From positions 75,601 through 139,600 of the forward strand of contig JAAPAO010000016.1 in the NCBI GenBank assembly GCA_013115145.1: a DNA stretch of 64,000 bases, read 5' to 3'. A program made the position numbers and the translations under genes. The notes under the pieces were generated by a model. It was not told the DNA's origin, searched no databases, and worked only from the letters and a program-made list of their open reading frames with translations. This document shows positions 12,535 through 22,797 of this stretch, one piece after another; the stretch's first letter is position 1, and the number at the start of each line of letters is the position of its first letter. Source of the stretch: Perkinsus chesapeaki ATCC PRA-425. Taxonomy: Eukaryota > Protista > Perkinsozoa.

Positions 12535-14469
12535 ATGTACAGCTCGAAACCGGCGCCTTTGCAGAAGACTATAATGCATCCTCATAGTGCATTGGTTATG
12601 TACCGAAATCGAGGAGGTCATTTACTGCAGAACGAGGATATCATAACTCGGATACTTGTGGTGAGGAAGGGTTCCTCGATCCTTGAGGAAACGCGCTCCT
12701 TAACACATCATCTTGCACCAATTTCCAACGGCACAGTAGACTTTATATTGGCAATAGTAATTGAGCTATAATAGGTGGACAGTGCATCTTTATAACTATT
12801 AACAATGATATATCTATACGTTACTCACTCACGTGTCCCTCAATTTAATAAAATTATACAGGACTCAGGTATCTATCATTCCCGGAAAACATCTTCATGA
12901 GCCTCCATGCCTCATTGGTCTTATTGTTCATCAGCTCTCCCTCAGGCAGCTCGCATTCGGCCCTCGGACACTGTACTTGAGATGGGCCCTGGGACGGGTA
13001 ACATGACGATAAAGCTGAGCGAGCTGGCCAACCGAGTGGTGGCTATGGAGGTCAACGAGGGACTGGCCAAAGAAGTGGAGCGACGGGCGGAAATGAAGTA
13101 GGCCACGAGTCGTCCGCGTTGAGTGTGTCTTTCCACCGGTCTCCGGACTTCACTGCAGGGAAGCTGAATGTTGAGGCGTTGTCCCGTTTTGTCCAGCTTA
13201 CCACCGGATTTTAGAAACCTGAAAAGCTGCGGATGGAGGGATAATAAAATGGAACCTTCACCCGCAAGCAGCAGTCTAAGTCTGAGAGTTCTGTTTTTTT
13301 CAGAGGAACGTCCAACATGGAAGTGGTCACGGGCGACTTCAAGAGGCTGGCTCTCCCACGGTTTGACGTTGTCATTGCCAATCTACCGTAGGGCTCCGTG
13401 CTACCCACAAATTGGACTGAGTATGTGGTTTACACAGGTATCACCTTGCCACAGGATTTCTATTGAAGCTTATGGGCCAACCATTTCGGACAGGAATAAT
13501 TATGCTACAGTAGGTCAGATGGCAGTGGCTGATCCATGACCGAACGCTAGACACGAGTTCGGTAAGAAGCTCCTCGCGGACCCTGGAGAGAAGATATACT
13601 CTCGATTGTCACTTAATATGAGAATGTTCTTCAAGGCTGAGAGGATATGCAAGGTGGACTAATGTGGCTTATATAGTCAGAGACTTTACGACGACAGGTG
13701 CCTGGTCGAGCCTTCTTTCCGCAGCCGCAAACCACGTCGGTCATCATTCGGCTCACGCCGCGGGTTCCAGCACCGAAAGTGGACTTCGAGGCAAGAGATG
13801 CCGGACCCCGGGATCGAACTCGCGACCTTGTCGTCAGGAGTGGGACGCGATGATCCGGATAGCATTCTTCCGCAAAAACCAGGACGTGTTTAAAATGTTT
13901 AAGCGGCTAACGGTGTTGAACATGCTCGAGCACAACTATAAGATGTGGTGCTCAATCAACCGAGTTGTAGGGAAATCTTCGCCCCGATTTTTTATCGATC
14001 TCTCACTCTCAGCCCACATCGACACTGTGCTTCCGCGACTACTGCTTAGAGGCCCTCGATCAATGTAACTTGACTTTTAAGAAGGCGAGAAGGATGGATT
14101 ACCACCACTTTGAAAGGTAACTGGCGTGGCGCTATTAGCCAAACACCACAAGGCGTGGCTTCGCCACAGGCTCTCCCCGATGCTATTTTAATCTCTCTTC
14201 AGACTGCTTGAGGCGTTCCATAAAAAAGGAATATACTTTGTTAACTTCGCAACAGCTCCGCCGAACCCTCCCGGGGAGCGTTTCGTGCCGAGCTTTGCAG
14301 AAGAAGGGTAACCTCGGGTGTATCTTGTTAAGTCGAGCTTATTGGTGAAAGATACAAATTCTATGACCCCGACGACAATGACGACTTCTTGTCGAAGATT
14401 GAAGGCCCGGAATCCTCAGACTCCACCGATTCTGAAGAAGATGATGAAAATGAATGGTTGCCATGCTGA
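12535..14469 (+). CDS. DIMT1: rRNA adenine dimethyltransferase, DIM1/KsgA family, multi-exon; start may lie further upstream
   Basis: GGHLLQNEDII, VLEMGPGTGNMT, VVAMEVN, GDF, IANLPY, ADPGEKIYSRLSLN, VDFE|EWDAMIRIAFFRKN, RLLEAFHKKGIYF. Confidence 0.92.
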
Positions 14470-14798
14470 TGTGTTTCTGTGCTACGACGAGGTTTACCTG
14501 TCAATACTAGATAATTAATATCGACTCCAGGAGGGTCGGCAAAAGTATGATAATTCTTCTTATACCGGTATCCTCACCAGTAGCATGTTCAAGGCAGTTT
14601 GATTATTAATAAGACTTCGACCAAACACTGTCTGTTATAAATGAGGGAAGACAGAAATATCAACAAGTTGGCATTACTGATATCAACAGAGTAGAACGGA
14701 GCTTATACCTTGACGATACCGAAACTCTAGCGAGTCTGGTCGAATCTCTTTTAGTAAAGACATTTTGATAGAGACAGATACAACCAGGAGCAGTTGTA

Positions 14799-15815
14799 TT
14801 ATGCCGGAATCAGGCTCGCCAGGGCTTTGCCAGCATCAACTCGTCCAAAAGCAAAAGTGGACTTCCGAGTAGAACCTTTCACACCTTTTTGAGACGTATC
14901 TTCGATAATTTTTTTAACAGCAGTCGGAGATAGATTAGGATCAACACTATAGAGCATTGCGGCCAGACCAGCGACGATCGATGCCGCCGGTGAAGTTCCA
15001 GTGAAAAACTCGTAGGACGCTTCGAGTCCTGTAGTCATAATATCATCGCCAGGGGCCGCGATGTCCACATAATCGGCGAAGTTCGAGAACCGTCCTAATT
15101 GGTTTTCGAATTGAAGTGTCCCGGCGACACACATCATTCCCGTCAGCTTCTGAGTAAGGGCGCATGGATAAGTCTTGTCCTTGGTGATGTCTTTGCCCTT
15201 ATTTCCAGCCGTTACGATAACAAGTATCCCGGCCTTGTTGGCTCGAATGATCTTATCAGCCAGTCCTGGGACCAAGGTGTCTCTTGAAAGAGCAAATAAG
15301 ATTATCTTGATGTCCTTCTCTTGTCTGTGGCGAATGACATAATCGAAGGAGGCGATCTCGTTCTCGCCCGTCGGTGTTACGAGAGAAATAGGCATGATGT
15401 TGACGAGATCGGTCACGCCAGCTATACCGACCAAGTTATTAATAGTAGCACCTAGTACGCCGACCATGTGGGTACCATGACCATTCTGGTCATCAGTATC
15501 ATTATTCTTTGTCACCACATTATAACCCTCGATGAGGTTGCGGAGTAGGTCGGGATGTTTCGCCTCAACACCAGTATCGATAACCGCCACAGCGACTCTC
15601 TTCCTCTTCACCTTGGCCAGAAGTCTCCATGCCTCCGGGATGTTAATAGCTTCGAAGTACAGGGCCTGCAAGGGGTAGAAGAAGTCGTTCACAGGAGGGT
15701 CATCCGCCAGGGTGGTTTCATCACGGTCCACATGGTGGGGGTTGTCCTCTCCCCGCACCTTACTAGCTACTGAAGAACTGAGGAGATAGACGACGATGAA
15801 GCAGCGAAACCACAT
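14799..15815 (-). CDS. Secreted subtilisin-like serine protease (S8), intronless
   Basis: 338 aa; N-terminal signal peptide; triad motifs VAVIDTG (Asp), NGHGTHMVG (His), GTSPAASIVAG (Ser); oxyanion AGN. Confidence 0.95.
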   Translation of the reverse strand: MWFRCFIVVYLLSSSVASKVRGEDNPHHVDRDETTLADDPPVNDFFYPLQALYFEAINIPEAWRLLAKVKRKRVAVAVIDTGVEAKHPDLLRNLIEGYNVVTKNNDTDDQNGHGTHMVGVLGATINNLVGIAGVTDLVNIMPISLVTPTGENEIASFDYVIRHRQEKDIKIILFALSRDTLVPGLADKIIRANKAGILVIVTAGNKGKDITKDKTYPCALTQKLTGMMCVAGTLQFENQLGRFSNFADYVDIAAPGDDIMTTGLEASYEFFTGTSPAASIVAGLAAMLYSVDPNLSPTAVKKIIEDTSQKGVKGSTRKSTFAFGRVDAGKALASLIPA

Positions 15816-16873
15816 TTTTAACTAAGAGAGAACTGTATTAGGCCAATCGACTGGGGTGGGGGGTGTGGTGTTTTCGACACAAGACGGTTAGCCCAGGTCG
15901 GATTACGGTCATTCTCGACTCATCATCCTCAAGGACTTCTGGCGGAACACTCCTCTGTTGAGCTCCACGCCTGGCGGAATTTCTGCAATAAAAACAAGTT
16001 TTCCCACCACAAGGCCTCCGCGGGGCGCATCCTGAATCAGGATTACTTACCAAACCTATTGGGCAAGGGCCAATAAGAAATCCATTCGAATATGCGGAAG
16101 AAAAGCCATAGGCTTCGAAGTAAATCTAAAAGCGCGCGACCGTCGCGCCGCGACGTAACTTCAAGTATGAGGCACGGCTCTCAGTCGTGGGGGCGAGATC
16201 GATTCCCTGCTATCATTCCATGAAGCCGTTTCCGTCACAAATTGTGGGAGACAACAACGGTGTCACCATCGGTAGCTTCTGGGCACCGCGTGGCACCACA
16301 AACGATCACAGACATTGGGCCCTCATAAATTGCATATGTTGTGTGGGACGCAATCCACGGCGCACAGCGCCGTGTACGCTAATTGTACGCACACCACTTT
16401 GCCCGCATACCAAGTCGTGAACTCCGACGAGCTTGCCAATAAGAGATTTGTACCGTTACGGTACTACCGTCGTCAATTTGAACCTCCAACTGATCCATCA
16501 AGAAGGTGAATGAAGAGAGGGCCTATCCATGAAGAAGCTACGCAGGAGTTGTATGGGGAACAGATCTTGATATTAGCCAGATAGAGGCAAAATGTGTTCA
16601 CTCACCATCATCAGCCACGGAGGAATGAAAAATGAAGTTGCGGCCCTGTCCAGCGATTCGTCGTGATACTCGCACGTGCGCTAGAGCACAGAGCTGGCTC
16701 GCTTATGCACATGAGGAACTCAACACGCCTAGTATTTCAAAGCCTGGAGAATCCCTCATATACTTGATGAGATCTCCATGCTGGTGCGTTTCTTCGTCTC
16801 TCCCGGGTCATTGCGCTGCTTAATAAGCGTGCGGAAAAACATAGCCGTTTCATAATCCGTTTATGCCGAGCCG

Positions 16874-17803
16874 ATGATTGAAGTGCCCACCCCAGCATTC
16901 GGGTGCTTCCTGATGGACGCCGATGCGGGCTCAATCTTGTGGCACGTCGATTGGCCCTCCTCATGCTCTGATCAACTACACCGTATTGTGTCCAAGACTG
17001 TCGCCTGCATGATGTTCACCGACGAGGTTAAGTCGCAATATAGTCAACTTCGGTGCTTCGGTGCTTTCCAGATTCTTCACACCGAACTCGCATCCTTCGA
17101 CGTCTCTGCGCTATCAATTCGGTTTTATGTGAAAAAGTTGGACATGAGGAATGAGTGCCTTTGTGTTTATCTACCGCTGGAAGTTGTTAAAACCTTCAGA
17201 AGTCTAACTGAGGTATCTGCGCTGGCGATGTACTTCTCAAACCACATACCTTCTCAGCACGTCAACCGTTTATTACTTCACGTCACCAATGCTGTCAAGC
17301 TCAATGACTTTTCTCCAAAGTCTACCCGACGAGCCCTTGGTACAGGTCTGATGCAACTGGCCACCGACGTATGCATTGACGTGGCGATTGCTTTTCGTGG
17401 ATTTTATGTATTCATCGAATTGGAAGAGCGTTCGTTGTCACCTCCACGCAACGGCAAGCCATCAAAGAGATGCTTCCCTTGTAGAAGAACTAGAGTGACC
17501 AGAGTGCGCAAATTATCGACAGGAGTGCGACACTTGTGGGCTTTCGGGGATGTTCCACAAAAAGCACGGCAGTCGCTGGAAAGGCCCCAAGCCGGAGATG
17601 ATGATTCAAATGAAGGATATCGAATGAAGGCTTACCCTATCGAACAAGGAGGACGGAAAGGGAGATTGGTCATCGGCGTACCAACAGAGTTGACGGCGGA
17701 AGTTCTCAGGCTGCCAATTATCAGATTCCTGGAGACAGTTTTGTATGCTGCCTTCTCATGCGAGTGCGATTCAACAAAACACCACGTGCATGAGCGGCAA
17801 TGA
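16874..17803 (+). CDS. Hypothetical protein; long open exon, possible upstream exons at 16100-16870
   Basis: 309-aa uninterrupted ORF; no motif recognised. Confidence 0.5.
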   Translation: MIEVPTPAFGCFLMDADAGSILWHVDWPSSCSDQLHRIVSKTVACMMFTDEVKSQYSQLRCFGAFQILHTELASFDVSALSIRFYVKKLDMRNECLCVYLPLEVVKTFRSLTEVSALAMYFSNHIPSQHVNRLLLHVTNAVKLNDFSPKSTRRALGTGLMQLATDVCIDVAIAFRGFYVFIELEERSLSPPRNGKPSKRCFPCRRTRVTRVRKLSTGVRHLWAFGDVPQKARQSLERPQAGDDDSNEGYRMKAYPIEQGGRKGRLVIGVPTELTAEVLRLPIIRFLETVLYAAFSCECDSTKHHVHERQ

Positions 17804-18709
17804 CTGTATAACGATTGTTTCGTTTATATCAGTACTAGAAACGTCAAGCCTGCTAAAGAGTATAAGACAACCTCATGCTCTGCGTAACTTATAACGGAAA
17901 GGTTCGGTAAGAATATTAGCTTTGTACGGTAAGACACTAGTCGAAATCTGGGAAGTAGTAAAGCATTTCAATCATCCGCTGAGTAGCGGCAATGCCACGA
18001 TCGATAACAACAACCATCCGGAACTAACCGCTGATCCGGAAGAGAGAGGACTTACTCCTGATTGTCACTCAATATAAGGATGTTGTTTTCCGAAGCCGAG
18101 AGGATCCACTGCGGAGACAGTCGACTAGCTTTCAGCGAAAAGCCAAGCAGTGATCCAAGCGTTTTGCGCGCAGCTTTGCCGAAGAGCAGTAACCATGGAT
18201 GTACAACGGATGTTCAACCTGTGACATTGAACCTCGATGATGATCGATGATCGATGATGTTGACGACTTTTTGTGAAAGATTCATGGCTCGGTAAACTCA
18301 GACTTTAGCGGCTCTGAATTAAAGATCATGCAGTGTTGTGCGGCATAACTGTAAAGCGGTTTGGAACACTGTTACAAGGTCAGTCTCGCAATTAGTGTTT
18401 AGCTAAACGTGATCTCTCCGCCACTGTTTTGCGATGAACAACTTATTCGACGAAAACGCATCTGCAGGCAGTCATTGATAAGAACCAAAATTGATGGAGA
18501 ATTCACGAAGAATTCACAGAGAACTTGAGTACTTTTGTCTCTGATGAGCTAAGAGCCATTGTGAGAGCTAATCTCTTGGCAAACATGAATGTGTTACCCG
18601 TAAAGACTTGAGAAGAGAAAGAGAAAAGGTGATGACAATTCAACCGTTGAAGCCTTAGCAGAGTTGTAATGAGAGTAGTGCAAAATGAGCTCACTTAGAA
18701 ATGTCAGCG

Positions 18710-20378
18710 CTAACCGCCTCTACACGCTGTTGCTTTCAGTTTCCTAGCAAGAACTGGTCTGATAGTCGGAGTTGACAATAAATTACAGAAACCTGATCGT
18801 TCACCTCTTATACATGTAACTTAGCTCGATCTTACCTGGACCCTTCTTCGCCTTCGGATCTCTGAAAATTCCAACATAGCCTCCCTCACCCCAGTCAGTT
18901 CCCCAACTGTTTCTTAGCTTCCAATAACTGATAAAAATCACTCTTAAACTTGTAAATATAAAATTTAACAACCATGGGAAGATTGAAAGGTCAATAATAT
19001 CAATATTCTTAAGATGACCACTCAGACCTCCACTTACCTTTTGCCATTTTCTACACCAAATCCAACAAGTAGGATGGAGTGCTTTGGTTCCTTATTGCAG
19101 TCAAATCCTTCACAAAGTGATCATGCCGATTCCGGTTGTACTTCACTTTACTCACCGTTAAGAATTCCTCCTTTATATTGTTTCCATTCAAGCGGCGACG
19201 CGTTAATACCCACGGCTATTGGACCTTTCTGAAGCTCGGAAAAGAGACCCTTCAGGTCCCCATCTTCAATGAAAACACTGTTGTTGACCTTCAAATCGTT
19301 GGCCTGGTAGGTGTACCGTTCAGGTACTCGGGCACGCTCTTTTTGACTCACCCTCAGGCATTGTTTAGTTTTGTCATCAGCAATATCTTTCCGGCATTGA
19401 CCTTCTTCTTGATGATAAGGATAATCATCATCAGAAACTACTCCATTATTATTCACGTACAATAGTTGCGTAGTATCTATTGCGCCTGAAGGAGAAGGTT
19501 CAAGACTGTCCTAGGCAATGGCCATCCCCCGTTAAACCCACTTGCGTATGGCGCAGTCAATTATTTCTTGTGGTGCCATTCTCGGCAAGACTCCAGTTTT
19601 GACCTTGAAGGCTCCTTCCACAGAACCTAAAGCAAGGAGAGGTGGTGAGCAGTTACACTAGACTTACCATTACCTATCGTAGCTATAGCGTAACAACTGC
19701 CGGAGCTCCCTTGATCAATGGGAGGATTAACAGCTCCTTTCTCGGTCCAACTGAAGTCTGTAGGGGCTTGGACGTTATCGGTGGTGTCATGACTTGCCTG
19801 GGACATACTTGACCATGTTTTCCTGATGAACTATTACATACGATAAATCTTACTTTTGCTGCCGAGGAACTTACCAAATGGCATTCTCCTCATAGTACAT
19901 ACCAAGGCTCGAGGAGCGTTCTGCAGCGAACTCTTCGTCGGTCATAGCAGTATACTCATTGACTTCAAGGGTGTAGGATAGGTCTAAAAATACTTGCGAT
20001 CTCTCAAGACGGCACAGAAGGCAAATGGAGAACATAAACGGATCCTCGGTCTCGCTCCGAGCGAACCACTCGACATGTTTTCGGTGGACCTACTCTTTCT
20101 GTTTGTCTCTTCGATCAGGGCTAAATTCTTCCGAAAAGTACTATACCTATGCTCATCCTCCTTCGCATCCTTAAACTTCAGTGAGTACCTAAAGACCTTT
20201 GGTGTGAACACTCTTTTTATCCCCGCCTCTCAAGCGACGGAGAGACGTCTTACTTGGCCTTGAAATCCTCGTACTTCTGGCGCACATCAGCTACATTTTC
20301 TCCCCAATCCGCTGCAGTAGTCAGATCACCCACGAGTGATGTGAACATGACAGCTAAGTGCAGACTTCTTCCCTTCAT
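18710..20378 (-). CDS. Papain-family (C1A, cathepsin L-like) cysteine protease with signal peptide and I29 prodomain, multi-exon
   Basis: MKGRSLHLAVMF... leader; prodomain EDEHRYSTFRKNLALIEETN and EVNEYTAMTDEEF; DQGSSGSCYAIATIG|SVEG (Cys), KHSILLVGFG (His), YWKLRNSWGTDWGEGGY (Asn). Confidence 0.92.
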
Positions 20379-21231
20379 TTGACTTGATAGGCGGAGAAAT
20401 CGTGTGGTAGTGGTAAGAATAATATCTTAACCTGTTTAGCTCTCCCAAAGGTTCAGTTCAGCTCGGCTTTCCGGAGAAAGTCGAGGAGAGTAACACCGCC
20501 GTACACCCTCGTTGGGAGGCTCTCAATAACCATACAAGCTATAGACTCTTCTGAAGCCGATTGGGATTGACTTGGCCGTCCGACATGGCCCATGCTTGCG
20601 CAGCCTCATCGGACCTATCGAAGATATCCCCTACTGAGCGGGACAGCCGTGACGGTCACCTTCACGTAGTGACTGTTACCGCGCCTATGACTGTCTAGCT
20701 GTGCGAAGGCAAGAGAATAGTTACGGCAGCATGCTGTTGAAAAATGTGGCTCTCTTCCATGCATCCATCTATTAGCAGAAGAGTCGTCATTCCGTTTTTC
20801 TGGAATATACCCTCTTGCTACGCATTATGTATCTGATGATCGATATCATGAATATCGTGAAATCTATGCCCCTATTCCTGGAGCTGTTTTCCTCGTTTGA
20901 GCAGTGCCGTCAAACCGTGTCTGTGTTCGTGCATGTGATGTCCTTATCCGCGAAAAATGGAGGTTAGTTCGAACGGTATATTATGGAAGTATGACAGGTA
21001 TAAGTTTGAACGGAAGCATCTCCACTTGGCGGCCAGATTTCTTGAGGCAGCTCTGCCTTTACTATTTGCATGGAACCGCCATTCGACAACCGATGAAGTG
21101 AATGGCCGATCTTGACTGTCTGCGCGGTGCTGCGTTCACGTTACTACTAGGAACACAAAAGGCTTCGAAGAGTATAAGACAGCTTCATAGTTCGAGCCAC
21201 ACAAAGTTGAAAAATGTCAAGTTGGCTGAAT

Positions 21232-22605
21232 CTAAGTGTTGATGAACGGAGTTCTGTGCACGAAATGCCAGGCGAACCGTCCGAGCCAAGAAGACTCGCA
21301 CTCTTTCACTTTAGAAAATTCAATGAAGTCTTTCAAAGCCGCGGAGGATTTCCCACGAAGAACCATCTTTCCTTTTCCTTTGTCGCTGGCACCCATAACA
21401 AGGCAAGCGTCACTGGGCCCCAGTGAAGTGGCAAAGGTCCCAGCGCCCTTGGGCTTCCAGCTGTCTCGGAGATCAGTTAAACGAGTTAAGCCACAAAAGC
21501 GGGTAACAGAGGCGCCCTTGTGCTCGAGGCTATCGAGGATTCGAACGTTACAGCAAGCGTGGGAAGCTTGCTCCTCGGCAGGGTAGGATATCTTAGGGAT
21601 CGGTGGGAGCTCAGGGCAGAGGTTGCAGTCGCCAACGGCAAAGACACAGCCACCGCCGAAGAAAGATAGTTGGCCATCATCATTCATTTCGAGGACTTGT
21701 AATTTCTTATTAACACGTATCCATCCGCCACCACAAGGGCCACACTTCTTGGGGTCCTTCTCTCTCCTATCAGGTGCTTCTGGATTGTAGCAAGTAAGAG
21801 TATTTGGAGGCATAAAGTAATTTGATGCTTTTACGCCGATGCAGACAAACGTGCGATCGGGCTTCTCTTCCAGACCTATCTGCTTGTAAAAGGCTGGGTC
21901 GTCCTTATATCTCCCATAGGAGATCTTTATGCCTCTTTCTTTCATGTAGCTTTCACAGTATTCCGCGGCACGCTCGGGAAGGGGGCCGAGGCACTTAGGT
22001 CCAGAGTCGACGATGTGTAGTTTTAGATTTGGGAAGTAGTGCTGCAGTTCAGTGACCCATTCGACGCCGATAAAGCCGCCACCGACCACGAGAACACTTC
22101 CACTGCGTTCGTTCAGTTCCTTGAGCTTTTCGTGCTCCTCGGCGATGTGGAGGCGTCGACCAGAAAGGAAGCGTTCGTCGAGGTGCTTCCACTCTGACTC
22201 GGCGCGAGCGTCTTCGTGGATGGTCGGGAACCACAAGGAAGCTCCCCATTTGTTCATAACACCGAAATTGCAGCCAGAGGCTATGATACAGTAATCGAAG
22301 GGGACTTCTCGAGTGGTGGTTGAGAACATAGGTTTCACCAAGGCATACTTATCTCGCCCGTTGATGCTCTTAACTTCACCAAAGATGAATTGACAACGCA
22401 TTTTTCGCTCCAAGACGGCTGAGTAGGTGAAGGTAAGACTGTGATGTTGCTGAGGGTGAACATAAGCTCTGAGGATGCCTGGAGTGTATTCGAAGTACTC
22501 CTTCGCATCAACCAAAGTGACATCAAAATGGGACTTGAGCTCTGCGGCGGCGAAGAGACCACTGAAGCCACCGCCGATGATAAGAACCTTACGTCTCTCT
22601 TGCAT
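21232..22605 (-). CDS. AIFM2/FSP1(AMID)-like FAD/NAD(P)H oxidoreductase, copy 1, intronless
   Basis: VLIIGGGFSG (FAD Rossmann), VLVVGGGFIGVEW (NAD(P)H Rossmann), VFAVGDC. Confidence 0.92.
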   Translation of the reverse strand: MQERRKVLIIGGGFSGLFAAAELKSHFDVTLVDAKEYFEYTPGILRAYVHPQQHHSLTFTYSAVLERKMRCQFIFGEVKSINGRDKYALVKPMFSTTTREVPFDYCIIASGCNFGVMNKWGASLWFPTIHEDARAESEWKHLDERFLSGRRLHIAEEHEKLKELNERSGSVLVVGGGFIGVEWVTELQHYFPNLKLHIVDSGPKCLGPLPERAAEYCESYMKERGIKISYGRYKDDPAFYKQIGLEEKPDRTFVCIGVKASNYFMPPNTLTCYNPEAPDRREKDPKKCGPCGGGWIRVNKKLQVLEMNDDGQLSFFGGGCVFAVGDCNLCPELPPIPKISYPAEEQASHACCNVRILDSLEHKGASVTRFCGLTRLTDLRDSWKPKGAGTFATSLGPSDACLVMGASDKGKGKMVLRGKSSAALKDFIEFSKVKECESSWLGRFAWHFVHRTPFINT

Positions 22606-22797
22606 GAAAAAGGTTTACTGTTATATTCTATCTCTGCCCTTTGATGAACGCAAAACACTGCAGATGAAATACACACAGAAAACCCGTCTCGTGCTTTCAA
22701 GTGAGAGATTCTCAGCGATAGAAAATGGAATGAGGAACGGGGAGCAGACTTCTTTATAAGAAGTAGAGTGACGCATGCTGTTGAGGAGCAAGATCGT

